A stretch of 64,000 nt of DNA. Source: Neophaeotheca triangularis (lineage: Eukaryota). The notes below the pieces were generated by a model that was given only the letters and a program-made list of their open reading frames with translations, was not told where the DNA came from and ran no database searches. Shown one piece after another: positions 23,727 through 35,224 of the stretch; the first letter of the stretch is position 1; every line of letters starts with the position of its first letter. The stretch spans positions 1-64,000 of the forward strand of contig BAAIJX010000056.1 in NCBI GenBank assembly GCA_054600435.1. The letters are read 5' to 3'. The position numbers were made by a program, and so were the translations under genes.

Positions 23727-25193
23727 TTACAATTTTCCCCCAGCACCGCCGTTCTTCCCCCCAACTTGCTTCCATGCCTTGGCAGCCCACTCTTCGACGT
23801 CCGCGAGCAGGACTTTGGGCTGTTCCATTGCCTATAAACACCGTAGAGTCAGTGTTCGTCCGCAATTGCAAACCCAATGGCAACTACACCAGGGATTTTG
23901 AGGGGAAATTTCAGTGCTCACCGCAAAATGCCCGCCGGTCGTGTGCTGTCCGTAAAACATCAACTCGCCGACTTTCTCGGCTGCCCAGCTTTTAGGGGTG
24001 GGCATTAGTTCAAGGGGGAAGAAACTATAGCCGAAGGGTTTGTTCTGCACGAAGGGCATGGGTTCGCGGGGTTCGGAGTAGATCTGCGGTAAGAGGAAAG
24101 GACTCTGGTCAGTTCGGGGCTCTTTAGTTAAGGGGAAAAAGCGGGGTTGGAGCACTCACGCCGCGGTAAGGGTAGATGCATCGGGGGAAGGTTTCGGTGA
24201 GCCAGTAGAGCGTGACGCTGGCGAGGATATCGTCGAGGGGCGGGTCCTCGTCTGTCCATTCGAGGAACTTTTCGCCAATCCTGGCAGATACCTTCTCGTT
24301 AGCACCCATACTCTCGCCACTGCATTTGGGGGGAGGGGGGGGTTGGTTCCATACCATGCCAAAAGCGCCAACGGGCTCGAACTCAGCGCCAAGCCAATCG
24401 TCCCGGTCCTCGTCCCATGCTCCATGCCGTAAGCACTTCCATAAGCATGGAACGCCTTACCCCTGGGCAACGCCTTGGCTTCCACCTCATCGATGTGCAA
24501 CTTCTCAGCATTCTCCGGAGGGCCCACGGCAACCATGTTCAGATGGAAGCCCTTGCAAGCGTCGTAACTCACGGCTTGTAGGTTGGAGATGAAACTTCCC
24601 AGATCCCCGCCCTGGGCTAGATAGCCCGAGCCGAAACCTAGCCCGAGCATGAGGTTATGCATGCAGCTGGCCGCGGCGCGGATGTTGTAGTCGACGTCGC
24701 CCGGACCGGAAGAGTAGGTGTAGCCGGGTAGTGAAGGGACGATGATGTGGTAGGGGAGGTCTTGGGGTGAGTATTTGGATTTCAAGAGCTCGAGGATGGG
24801 GAGGAATTCCAGAAAACTGCCGGGCCAGCCGTGGTAAAAGGCTAGCGGGATGGCGTCGGCTTTTTGCGAGTAGAGGGCAATGAAGTGGACGTCGACTTGG
24901 GTGTTGAGAACATCGTCGGTGATTTTGGCAGTGTAATTGGGCAAGTTGTTGATGCGGGTTTCGACATCACGCCAGTTGAATTTGTTGGCCCAGTGGTCTT
25001 TGGCGTTGATGAGCCAGTCACGTTGGAGGCCGAATTTCTCGCGGCCGGCAGTGCTGTTTTCCCATGTCTGAGGTCCGATGGGGGAGAGTTTGATCAGGTT
25101 TTGTAGGTCGGAGAGTTTCTTGTCGTCAATGTTGGCCTTGAAGGGTTGGGGTTTCAGGGTGGCGGCGGATGGGAGGGAAGTGTAGTCTGCCAT
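23727..25193 (-). CDS. epoxide hydrolase (EHN + alpha/beta hydrolase)
   Basis: HGWPGSF, QGGDLGS nucleophile elbow, GGHFAAME catalytic His; introns 24281-24354, 24084-24159 and 23832-23921; ends ...AGGKL*. Confidence 0.93.
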
Positions 25194-25719
25194 GGTTGCA
25201 GTCGTTGGCTGATGATGGATAAGGTTGGGAATTTGGTCGATTTTGGTATTTCGAGGGAGTTTGCGTGGATCAAGTGGGAGGGAGAGAGAGGGAGAAGAGG
25301 AAGAGGGGGGTCGTCTCACTCTTATATATATTGCGAAGATGGAAGGATGGAGGTCAATGCCTAGGCAACCAACTCCAGCTAACTTAGGTAGATTTCCCCC
25401 ACTCTCTTACAAAGCATGTCCTGTCCATGCCACCTCGATCCATTGGGCATAGCCGACGACACCGAGTCTCCCCATTTCATCAATCAAAGTACCCGGAACG
25501 ATATTTTCAGCTCATCGCATGTTTACACTCTCTTCCCTAAGAGTAAAACGTGCGTGTTAATTAATAAAACACCATGGGCAAATCACTGTCTATCGTTTCA
25601 TCTAGTCTACCTTCTATCCCATCCGCAAACCGCAAGTGACAATTGTAAAGCCTCCTCACTCCAACCATCTACCACTTCACCTCGCCCCCCTCCACCAAAC
25701 AATACAAACAACCCCCTAC

Positions 25720-28700
25720 CTACCTATCCAACCCATCCAACTCAACCAACCTCCTAACCAACCCCACAACCTCTGCCCCCTCCATCCTCCACCCAGGCTC
25801 CTCAACCTTCCTCTCCAACACCCGATCCAACATGCCCCTCAACCTCCCCACCAACACCCCCAATCTGGCCCACCCCCTAACCCTAACCCACCCATCAACC
25901 ACCAACCCCCTCCCACTCTTGTCAACCTCGATACCACCACAAAACATCAACAACCCAAAAGTATTAAACGGCGTGACCTCGCGGATGAAAATCTTGGAAG
26001 TAGCCATCTTGGTGAAGTAGGCGAGGTACGAGGTGTTGGGCGGGTAGGTTTGGGTGGAGAAGAGGGTCGACGAGGGGTGCAGGAAGATGCGGCCGTTGTG
26101 TTGGTTGTAGTATTTGATGGCTTGGGCTTCGGGGTCGAGGGCGAGAGTTCCCGAGGCCGTGGGGGCGTACTTTTGCGTCGGGTAGTCGACGCGTGCGAGT
26201 TGCGGCGTCATGGCTGCGGCTATAAGGGCGCGCAGGAGGGGGGAGGGGACGGATGCTGTCGAGGTGTTGTTGTCTTTGCCGTTGCTGCTTTGCAGGAAAC
26301 CGATTTCTTGCAGGGAGCTGAAGTATTGCGTCCGCGTCGTGGATATGTCGAGCAGGGTCTGGTGGCTGAGGAAGTTCTCATCGCACCACCTGCGCAGAAC
26401 AGAAGTGGCTTCTCCAGCACTCCTTCGCTCGCTCCATTGGTTGTAAGCGTTGAGATCGCAGAGCAAATCGCCCTGACTACCATTGCAAAAAGTCGCTCTC
26501 GCCGCTTTGGCCTCTTCACGTTTCGCTTGCGGTGACACAAAAGGGCTCTTGACGGTCAGAATCGACGCGATGCTGATGCAAGCTTCCAGACACCCAAAAG
26601 CCGCTCCGTAGACCATGAGCTTGCCGCAACGCAAATCCGCCGGGATCATGGAAAGATGCCGTCCCAGCGCCGTCAACTCCGTCTTATCCAGTGCCCCCAT
26701 ACGTTGTAGCAGTTCCAACGCCCCTTCCACGGCCAAAGACTCTGGCGGCGTAAGCGCCGAGCCGAGGAATGCCGGCACGTCCAAAATACCCATGGCCTTG
26801 ACGGATAGGCAGAGCTGCTCAAGAGGCACTCTCCTGATTTCGGGTTCAGGGCGCTCAGCCATCTTGGTCTCAGCACTGCGCGTGTACAACTTATAGCAAG
26901 TTCCTGCTCGGACACGACCGGCACGGCCTCGACGCTGCTTGCAAGCCGCGCGACTGGCCCAGACTTCGGCAAGTTTGACCATGTTGTTAGCGGGGTCGAA
27001 ACTCGTCTCTTTAACTCGACCAGTATCGATGACGGCCACAATGTCGTCGATAGTAATGGAGGTTTCAGCGACGTTGGTGGCGGCCACGACTTTGCGTTGG
27101 CCACGGGGCGGGGCGTGGAAGACTCTGCGCTGTTCGGACGACTGCAGCGAGGCGTGTAGCGGTAACGTGTGGAGGTTGGGTATACTTCGCAGAGCTCGTA
27201 ACGTCTGGTCGATTTCAGCGACACCGGGCAGGAATATTAGAATCCCACCGTCAGCGCCCCCTAGTTCCGAGTCAATAAGCCGTACAGTCTGCGCGATGAG
27301 ATCGTAATTGATCCGCATCCCCACCGACCTCAGCGCCTGACCCAACCCCTTGTTATCCTCACCACTCTTACTCCCTCCGTCCAAACTCAAACCCTCCATA
27401 GCCTCAACCTCCTCCTCACCCCCCTGGAACCCCCCAAACCCAGTCCCCCTAACAATCTCATCCAAATAAACATCCCTAACCGGAAAAGTCCTCCCTTCAA
27501 TCTCCACCCCACCAACGCTCAACCCGTCTTTGGCAAAATACCTCTCGAAAACCCCCGCATCAAGCGTAGCACTCATCAAAACCAACCTCAAATCCCGCCT
27601 CTTCCGCAAAACCCCCCTCAACAACACCAACAAGAAATCCGTATCCAAACTCCGCTCGTGCACCTCATCAACAACAACATGACTCACATCCGCCAGCGCA
27701 TCGAGCACGTCCTGCTCCGCGCCACCACTCGTCTGTAAGCGGCGCAACAACACCCCCGTGGTCACAAAACACAGCTTCGTAACCCCCTTCCTGACCCTCT
27801 GCTCACCGCGAATCGCGTACCCGACTTCCTCGCCCACTCTCCCGCACCGCTCGTCTGCTACCCTGTCCGCGAGCCCTAGCGCAGAGATTCGTCTCGGCTG
27901 CGTGCAGACGATGTTGGCGCAGTCGCCGAAACCACGAGTTATGAGGTCGTCGAGGATGAATTGGACGCTTTGCGTGGATTTCCCGCTGCCCGTCTCGCCC
28001 GAGACGATGGTGACTTGGTTTTCGGCGACCGAGGAGGCGATTAGAGTGCGTAAATTCCAGGCGGGGAGGGTCTGGCGCGCGCCGAGTTTGCTTTGTTGGG
28101 CTGCAGTGGTGTTGCGGGTTTGGAGGGCGGAGAGGAGTGTTTGGCTGGCAGGGGTGTGCGGGGTCCAGGTTATAGGTTTCGGTTTGCGGGTGTTTTGGCG
28201 GGGCCGTGGGGGTGTTGGGCTGGGGTTGCTAGCGTCGATGGTTGTGGAGGCTGCGCTGGCGATGGCGCTGAGGCTGCCGGGGCGTTCGATGATGGTGGGG
28301 ATCTCGTGTTCGAGCCAGTCGACTATGTTGAAGAGCATTTGATCGCCGAGAAAGTGGGTCTTTGTGGCGTTGATGCATTGTTTGAGGATGCTGAGGCGGA
28401 TGTAGGCTGGGAGAGCAGCGTCTATGCTTAGTATAGGGACGGCGTTTGGGTAGTTGTTTGGTGGAGGTCTGGTATGGAGGGTGATCGGCTGCTTGGAGGG
28501 GGTCTGAAGTTCGAGAAGGATACTCAATATTTTGTTGTTTTTCGTACATCTGTCTCCAAAGATCGCCGCCAGAGTCTCCAGTTCCTCATCCCAGATACTC
28601 AAACCATCTTCGTCTGCGTCTGAATCCTCGACTTCTTCTTCATCCGGAGACAGTAATTTCTGTAACGCGGCAGCAGCCCTCCCCTCATCACCCTCATACC

Positions 28701-29892
28701 TATCCAACACATCCCCACAAACCTCTGGCGCATACCCCGAAGCCGCCAATCTCTTAATCTTGCCCTCCCTCTTCAAATCACCCGAAGCCAAACTGACCCC
28801 AGCAGTGTAATTCTCCGGCAACGCCCATTTGGGCAAGTCATCTTCGGGAACATGAATAAGCAACCACTCCAAACACTCCTCCCCATCACCACAAATCCCG
28901 GCCGCCTCCTCCGCATGACTCCTCCGAAACCCACTCCTCTCCAACTCCGCCACAACCTTTTCAGTCTCCGCCTTATCCATTCCCAACCCATAAGGATTCC
29001 ACACGCCATCCCTCCTCACCAACCCCTCAACCTCCCTCCTCATGCCCCTACCCATCTCCACCTTGGGAACCCTCTGCCACCCCTTTAGAACACCCTTATC
29101 CTGCACCTGCCCATCCAACCCCACAACCGCATTCTTCCTCTCCGCCTCAACCCTTCTTTCCCTCTCCTCCCTCGCCTTGTTCCTCCTAACCCTCTCCTCC
29201 TCCCTAGCCCTCCACGCCGTAAATGGATCCGCCTCATACAACCAGCCCTCCCCCCTCTCCACCGCTTCCTTCCGCAACCCCTCAAACTCCCCCTTCCACA
29301 AATCCCTATAAACCGGCGGCAGCATCATGTGCAAATTCTTGCCATTGGCAACCCTATGCAGCGCGAAAGCGGCAGCGAAATGCCTCGCCTCGACGGCCGA
29401 AGGCTGCGTAGCCTTCTCTTTCAAGTACGGCTGTGGCGGTAAAATGGGCGGCAGAGTCAGCACCTCCTGCGTTTTGGAATTCTTCTGCCGCAGTGTCACG
29501 GAGCCGGTGAAGCCGCGGTTGCTGTTGCCCTGGACATGGTATTCAACGCGTTCCCAGTGTTGCTTTTGCGCGTGCTCGTTGAGGAGGGTTTGGGGCAGTT
29601 TGCCAGTCCAGCTGGTGCCGGCTATGATCTCGCGCGTGGAGGGTTTAGGGGGTTCGGTGGGGTGAAGGGGGGTGGGTTGTTTGCCTTTTGTTGTTGAAGA
29701 TGCGGGGTTTTGAGGAGCAGCGGCGGCGGCGGCGGCGTTTTGTTTTGCTTTTTTCGACGGTTTGTCGCTTTTGGAGAAGACTATGTAGCTGCCGTCTTCA
29801 TTGTTGCTGTTGGCTGGGGTGGCATTTTTCTTGCTATTACTGTTGTTGTTGGGTTTGCCGTTTGCGCGCGGGGCGTGCGGTTTGTTGGGCAT
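25720..29892 (-). CDS. DEAH/RHA ATP-dependent RNA helicase, DHX57/Ucp12/YLR419W-like, with UBA/RWD region
   Basis: GETGSGKST, TQPRRISA, DEVHER, MSAT, ATNVAETSITI, QRRGRAGR, HA2/OB-like C-terminus; 1390 aa, intronless. Confidence 0.93.
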   Translation of the reverse strand: MPNKPHAPRANGKPNNNSNSKKNATPANSNNEDGSYIVFSKSDKPSKKAKQNAAAAAAAPQNPASSTTKGKQPTPLHPTEPPKPSTREIIAGTSWTGKLPQTLLNEHAQKQHWERVEYHVQGNSNRGFTGSVTLRQKNSKTQEVLTLPPILPPQPYLKEKATQPSAVEARHFAAAFALHRVANGKNLHMMLPPVYRDLWKGEFEGLRKEAVERGEGWLYEADPFTAWRAREEERVRRNKAREERERRVEAERKNAVVGLDGQVQDKGVLKGWQRVPKVEMGRGMRREVEGLVRRDGVWNPYGLGMDKAETEKVVAELERSGFRRSHAEEAAGICGDGEECLEWLLIHVPEDDLPKWALPENYTAGVSLASGDLKREGKIKRLAASGYAPEVCGDVLDRYEGDEGRAAAALQKLLSPDEEEVEDSDADEDGLSIWDEELETLAAIFGDRCTKNNKILSILLELQTPSKQPITLHTRPPPNNYPNAVPILSIDAALPAYIRLSILKQCINATKTHFLGDQMLFNIVDWLEHEIPTIIERPGSLSAIASAASTTIDASNPSPTPPRPRQNTRKPKPITWTPHTPASQTLLSALQTRNTTAAQQSKLGARQTLPAWNLRTLIASSVAENQVTIVSGETGSGKSTQSVQFILDDLITRGFGDCANIVCTQPRRISALGLADRVADERCGRVGEEVGYAIRGEQRVRKGVTKLCFVTTGVLLRRLQTSGGAEQDVLDALADVSHVVVDEVHERSLDTDFLLVLLRGVLRKRRDLRLVLMSATLDAGVFERYFAKDGLSVGGVEIEGRTFPVRDVYLDEIVRGTGFGGFQGGEEEVEAMEGLSLDGGSKSGEDNKGLGQALRSVGMRINYDLIAQTVRLIDSELGGADGGILIFLPGVAEIDQTLRALRSIPNLHTLPLHASLQSSEQRRVFHAPPRGQRKVVAATNVAETSITIDDIVAVIDTGRVKETSFDPANNMVKLAEVWASRAACKQRRGRAGRVRAGTCYKLYTRSAETKMAERPEPEIRRVPLEQLCLSVKAMGILDVPAFLGSALTPPESLAVEGALELLQRMGALDKTELTALGRHLSMIPADLRCGKLMVYGAAFGCLEACISIASILTVKSPFVSPQAKREEAKAARATFCNGSQGDLLCDLNAYNQWSERRSAGEATSVLRRWCDENFLSHQTLLDISTTRTQYFSSLQEIGFLQSSNGKDNNTSTASVPSPLLRALIAAAMTPQLARVDYPTQKYAPTASGTLALDPEAQAIKYYNQHNGRIFLHPSSTLFSTQTYPPNTSYLAYFTKMATSKIFIREVTPFNTFGLLMFCGGIEVDKSGRGLVVDGWVRVRGWARLGVLVGRLRGMLDRVLERKVEEPGWRMEGAEVVGLVRRLVELDGLDR

Positions 29893-30527
29893 GTTTGGTG
29901 ATTTGTTTTGTATTATCCCTGGTGTGTAATGTGTTGGTCCATAGGGTAGTTAGTAGGGTGTGTTGTAGACGTCTTTCCTCATCTGAATCGTGAAAAGATG
30001 CTAGCGCGAGATGGAAGTGAAGTCTGGGGAAGTGATAAATTGTGGGGCCCCACTGGATTGACACGAGAACGAGCAGAACGAGACATGACGGGAGTATGTG
30101 AAGTCATATCTCCGATGATGATAAATTCAAGTAGACACTTACTCATTCGTGTAGGCTCACAGCAGATGATGGAAAATTAGTGACACATGCTCGTCTATTG
30201 TAAGTCGGCACTAAGCCCCTCGACGGGTACAGAGTAGACATACTACGATTCTACGTTTCAGACTCTACCCCAATTATCTCCCAAGCAGCAACGACGCGTA
30301 TGTAAAGTTCGGTCGAGCTCTCCCGCCTTCAATGCTCGGGCAATCCTTGTCGGCTGGTTGAAGCTATAATGTTGAAGAAGAAAGCCAATAGGCACTCAAT
30401 CTGCGACTTTAGTCTCTCCCACATCGCTCATACACTCATGCGTATTGTTGAAAAAAATCATAAATGCTCGCTCTGATAGCTAAAAAGAACCACACCCAGC
30501 CCTCAATCACATCTCATCTCATCACCC

Positions 30528-31185
30528 CTAGTGATCCGCCTCCTCAGTAAACTTGTGATAAGCGCCTTGATCCATCAACTCGCCAACCTCCTCTCTCCCC
30601 TTCTCCCCAACCTCCAATTTCGCCAACCATCCCTCGCCCTCGGGGCTCTTGTTGATCAAAGCCGCTTGCTCTTCCAAAATACTGTTGGCCTCGATGACTT
30701 TGCCGGTCACGGGGGTCATGATGTCGGAAGCGGACTTGACCGATTCGACGGCGCCGATGCTGTCGCCCGAGTTGACTTCGAGGTCGATTTGGGGGAGTTC
30801 AACGTAGACGACGTCGCCGAGGGCTTTGGCGGCATATGTTGAGATGCCTGTTGTGGCTGTAGCAAAGAAGGGAAAACCCTGTATTAGCTTGGAGTTTGCG
30901 GTTTGGATGTTGGTCCGGAAAGGTATACCTGACTTTCCATCCGCGGACAGCTCGACCCATTCGTGGTCTTGGGTGTAGCGTTTCTCGAAGCCTGTAATTG
31001 GGTTAATACGATCTTTTGTCATCAATTGTACCACGATTCTACGCACCTCTCACACTCGCGGAGAAAGCTCTCGTCGTGGGCGTGAAAGCCTGGCCTTGAG
31101 CTCTCAGGCGCAAGAACTGTGGTGTGCTACATTTGGTAACGGCGACAGAGCGTCCGAGTACGCGACCAGCAAGGGAGGCAGACAT
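30528..31185 (-). CDS. GCV3: glycine cleavage system H protein, mitochondrial
   Basis: YTQDHEW, LGDVVYVELP, AVESVKSASD (lipoyl-Lys); presequence exon 31185-31047; introns 30992-31046 and 30857-30928. Confidence 0.95.
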
Positions 31186-31525
31186 TGTGAGTGAGGGTTT
31201 GATGTACAAGAAAAACACACAGAGAGCCTTGGAAGGAAGAGGAGTAGTGAGAGTAGTAAACAGCTCGCTCGACTTTAGCTATCTCCAGATTACCTTACGT
31301 TCCTTACGAGACACAGCTCGGCCACCGGTAGTTTCTCGGACAATGCTCTTGCGGGTGAAGGAACCCCCGGCCTGCCGCGTTCGGATCTCCCTGCCCGAAG
31401 AGGCAATTTTACGCCCGCCAAGCTTCAACTTCCATCAACTCTATCACTGGACTCTTTGCGACTGACGGACGACTGACTGATTGATTAAAAGCGCTATCAA
31501 ATGCCATACCGCTAAATTCCACACT

Positions 31526-31999
31526 ATGCTATACGAGCTCATCGGCGTGGTAAGCTCTACACCTCCCTCTACCATACTGCCAACCCACTAACACCGCCTT
31601 TCTCCCCCCTCAGGCCCGCCCCGGCCGCAGCATAAACGAAATCAAAGAGTATTCCTCCCATCCCACACCCGACCCCGAACTCCCCTCTAACACTCACACC
31701 TCAGAATCACCCGCACAACCGGCAACATCGTCCTCAGCTCCGGCGGCGTCGTCCGCGGTCTCACAAACTGGGGAACCTTCCTCCTGCCCCGTCCGGCTCG
31801 CAAACAGGGCGCAACTTACCATCGCGGCCAATACTTTATCTTGCGCTTCGACTCGAGCGCAAAAACTCAGCATGCGGTTCGGAGGACGCTGGGGTTGGAT
31901 CCGAGGATGATTCGGTATAGTGTCGTGAAGATGGGGGATAAGCTGGAGGAGTTGGGAGGTTTCGGGGGGAAGGTTGAGTGGGGGGGGAGGGAGGAGTAG
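31526..31999 (+). CDS. MRP17: mitochondrial ribosomal protein bS6m
   Basis: not in the ORF track; exons 31526-31549, 31614-31648, 31705-31999 give MLYELIGV-ARPGRSINEIKE-ITRTTGNIVLSSGGVVRGLTNWG...LRFDSS...LDPRMIRYSVVK. Confidence 0.9.
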
Positions 32000-33164
32000 G
32001 GGAGAATGTGTGAGGGGAGGTCTTTCGATTTTGGACAGGCTTGCTAGGGAGGTGGAAGATTGAAGGTCTCGAGGCGCTGGGGATGGCGAGGGCTTTTACG
32101 GGAGGCATAGATGGCATGGCTGGCATGTGTGGGGATATGTGAATGACAAAGGCGGCGGGGGGGGTGTACATCTACTGTACCGATAACAAGAGCGAGGCAT
32201 TTGGGCGGCGTTCATGGAGTCAATGAGTATCGGTGCCGTGCGTCGCTGGATGCCGCTAGGTGCCGCTGATACTGTGTATAAACATCTAGACAGCAGAAAT
32301 GCGTCTGCTTTACGCCTCGACTTCATGTGCCCTATCAACGACTCGTCTGTGTGATTGCAACACGGTGTGCTTACCGTTCGCGCTCTAGGGGGCCGCTCAT
32401 TATTTCTGCACATCCCAAAGACCACGGAAGCTTCGCAACCGAGAGCGCAAACGAGGGATTATTAGCTCGAGAGGTTCTAGAGACTTCTGATCATTATTAT
32501 GTGAAACAGAAGGCTGAGAGATCCAGCAGCTATGTATGATGCCTACGCTATCGTCCTGTTTGTTCGCGGGTAATTGTGAACATTTGCAAAAGTGTGAGGT
32601 TGTAACCACGATGGAACTTTGGTCACTTTTTGAAAGAAAGCATTATCAACGTCAAAATCCCATTCCAGCGCCAAAAAAAATCGCCAATACTACCAGAGAT
32701 ATATTATATGCTACCAAGGACCAAATCTTAGCACCACCTGGGGCATTTCTAGCCGTCGCATTGGCCTCAATGCTGGTGTTTGTAAACCAAACTCTAACCC
32801 TGAAGCTCGAAAGCGCCTAGGATTCGCGCGCTCTTCCACCGACCTCAAAGGTAGAAGGGACTGAGAAAAGCTTACCCATCAATCTCCATGGCGGTACAAG
32901 CTGATGGTGGACATGCCTTTTGTCATCTTCACACGGCATAGCTCGCTCCGTGAGAAGACGCTGTTGGTGAGGGACAAATTGCCCGGGTATGCAAATGTGA
33001 TCTTCCACGTTCCAGTCCCAGCTCTTCCTCAAGATACCTAGGTAAGCTCGACGGGGAATTTGCCTCCTGTCTTGAGGGCATGAGATTGAAATATATACAA
33101 AAATACAGTTCCTCGTCCATCAATCCATCACCAGCCAACTCGATTCGGTTGAGAAGAGGATCAT

Positions 33165-33253
33165 GCCTTCTTAGCTCAGTTGGTAGAGCGCGTCACTAGT
33201 ACTACTGAGGTACATCAATGACGAGGTCGCCAGTTCGACTCTGTCAGAAGGCA
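33165..33253 (+). tRNA. tRNA-Thr(AGT) with 16-nt intron (33202-33217)
   Basis: acceptor GCCTTCT/AGAAGGC, A-box TAGCTCAGTTGGTAGAGC, anticodon stem CGTCA/TGACG with AGT at 33198-33200, B-box GTTCGACTC; one T-stem mismatch. Confidence 0.93.
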
Positions 33254-33277
33254 TTAACCCTAACCCTAGAGGTTATC

Positions 33278-33287
33278 TTTTTTTTTT
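33278..33287 (+). terminator. Pol III oligo-T terminator of the tRNA gene
   Basis: T10 starting 25 nt after the discriminator base. Confidence 0.75.
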
Positions 33288-33495
33288 GTCTTCACTAAAT
33301 AGCAATCTACTAGAGTTGGCGATTGTGTAAACTTGAACTAGGAATCTTTACTCTATGCTGTTTATAGTCAAATCTTTAGCGGTGGCGTAGACACTACGAT
33401 ACTCTTCTATCATCTCGTCCCCGCAGTAAGTCAACGCTTCATGAAGGAGATGTAATAGAAGGAATCCATGCCTAAGGCATGTCTACTAGCCGTCC

Positions 33496-34889
33496 TCATC
33501 GCTGCGCCGCCGTCTCAATCGTGCCCGTCAAGGAGGTGCCCACAAACACCGTCATGACCGCTGCGTATGCGGCCGTCACTGACACCGGTTCCAAATCTTC
33601 CCAATAGGTCGCACCCACTGCAAAACACCCAAACATCAAAATCGCAACACTGCTGACCGACAGGCTCTTCATGATGCTTGGATCAATCGACATGATGATC
33701 ATGGGTACTACCAACCACAACCCGGCTGTTACGGATAATGCGAGCTTTACTCGCCAGTGCCGGAAGAATTTTCCCCTTCGATGTGCGCTTGGCATAGGGT
33801 CATACCGAGGCCCACGAGAGCGTATTCTGAAGGACTCAAGTCTCGATAGTGGAGGAGAAGGTGGAGGAGGAGCCGTAGGCTCATGTGTCCACCAACCTGG
33901 AGCCGGCCTTCGCTCTTGAAACACCTTGCTCCACATGCGTGAAAGACTGCTCAGCGTTGGCGAGGGTAATAGGTCTCTCTCTTCGTGCAAAAGGTGATCG
34001 TCATAGAATGGGCGTCTTCGCGGTGGGACATTATTCCCATTAGCACTTGAGTCTGCGACAGACATATCTGGCCAAATCGGAATGTCGAGGGATTGATTCC
34101 AGTGCGGTAGCTCAACATGGGCCGATAACCCCGATATAGATCCTGCGATGGTTGAAGGGGGGCGGCGGGGCTTTTTGCGGCGGGGCTTTCTGCTATCATC
34201 AAGCGATCCTGTAGAGTGTGGTCAGATCAGTGTATGCTCGTCCAGTCCACCAGCCAGTCTCAAATTACGCGTATACTGTAGTTCTTGTACACTTTGATGA
34301 AACGATCTATCTGTTCAGCCGTGATGGTGTCGGTGGCCAAGACATTATTCTGCTCTTCCATCATCTCGAGCAGGCAGTGATCTTTCGCTATTAGTCTGAT
34401 GTAGTCAAACTCCCGCTCTTCAAGCGGTGTAAACGAATCGGGATGCCATAACAAATACGGCCGGACCAATAGGCAGTAATACGCTTCACTGCCAAATTGA
34501 GGTACCGGACCGATTGGATAGCCCCGTACTGACTCCGGAACGTTAGCTGTCGGTGAAGCCTCGAAGCCATGTTTATGCCGGTGAGGATACTCGGTCGAGA
34601 TCCCATCTGCGTCGACGACAGGAGCTTCAGGTGAAGGGGTGCTCGCTTCATTCTCCCCTGAGCTAGCGACAGGCGTCTCCAATCCGGCTTTCTCTTGCGA
34701 TGATCCATTCGTTCGAGACTCGTTCACTAGAAGCCGCTCTGCCTTCTCGACAGGAGACTCTGGTGCTTGCGGTGCATTGCCGGTGATAGGACTGCCAGTG
34801 CGTGAGTCTTCGGCCTCAGGCGTCGTCGTTGCATTCGAAGAATTCTTGTTCGCACTACAAGTGTCCGGGGCACTAGCTGCTGCCCTCAT
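33496..34889 (-). CDS. hypothetical protein with C-terminal DUF6594-like transmembrane module
   Basis: intron 34209-34276 joins ORFs 34260-34943 and 33496-34065 in frame; ends LVVPMIIM...TAAYAAVMTVFVG; start uncertain. Confidence 0.65.
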
Positions 34890-35224
34890 ATCGGTAGATT
34901 TGTCTGGCGGCTGGAGTCGCGGATCAGGGGTCAAAATTTTCAATATGTAGCGGGAGGATTGACAAAATCTTGCCTTTTCTTCTTTGCCGTTTCCAGGTTC
35001 TCGACCATCTTATGCACCCCGCGCACAGCCTCGCCATAGCCTTGTGTGATGTGGTGGATGTGCTGACATGCAGCTGCATCTGCATGCACAGCTCAGCTCA
35101 AGCTCAGGCGAGGCTGAGTACCTGGTACCTTATCAAGAGCAAGAGTCCTTTTACTGCAGGAGCTGATTGACACCATCTACAGCATCCGGATATCACTTAG
35201 CCCCTAGACCACAGAGCTAACGAT

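Noticed and set aside
33255..33268. Telomerase RNA template candidate
   Set aside because: Lies in a ~25-nt tRNA trailer closed by T10; no room for a pseudoknot or CR4/5.
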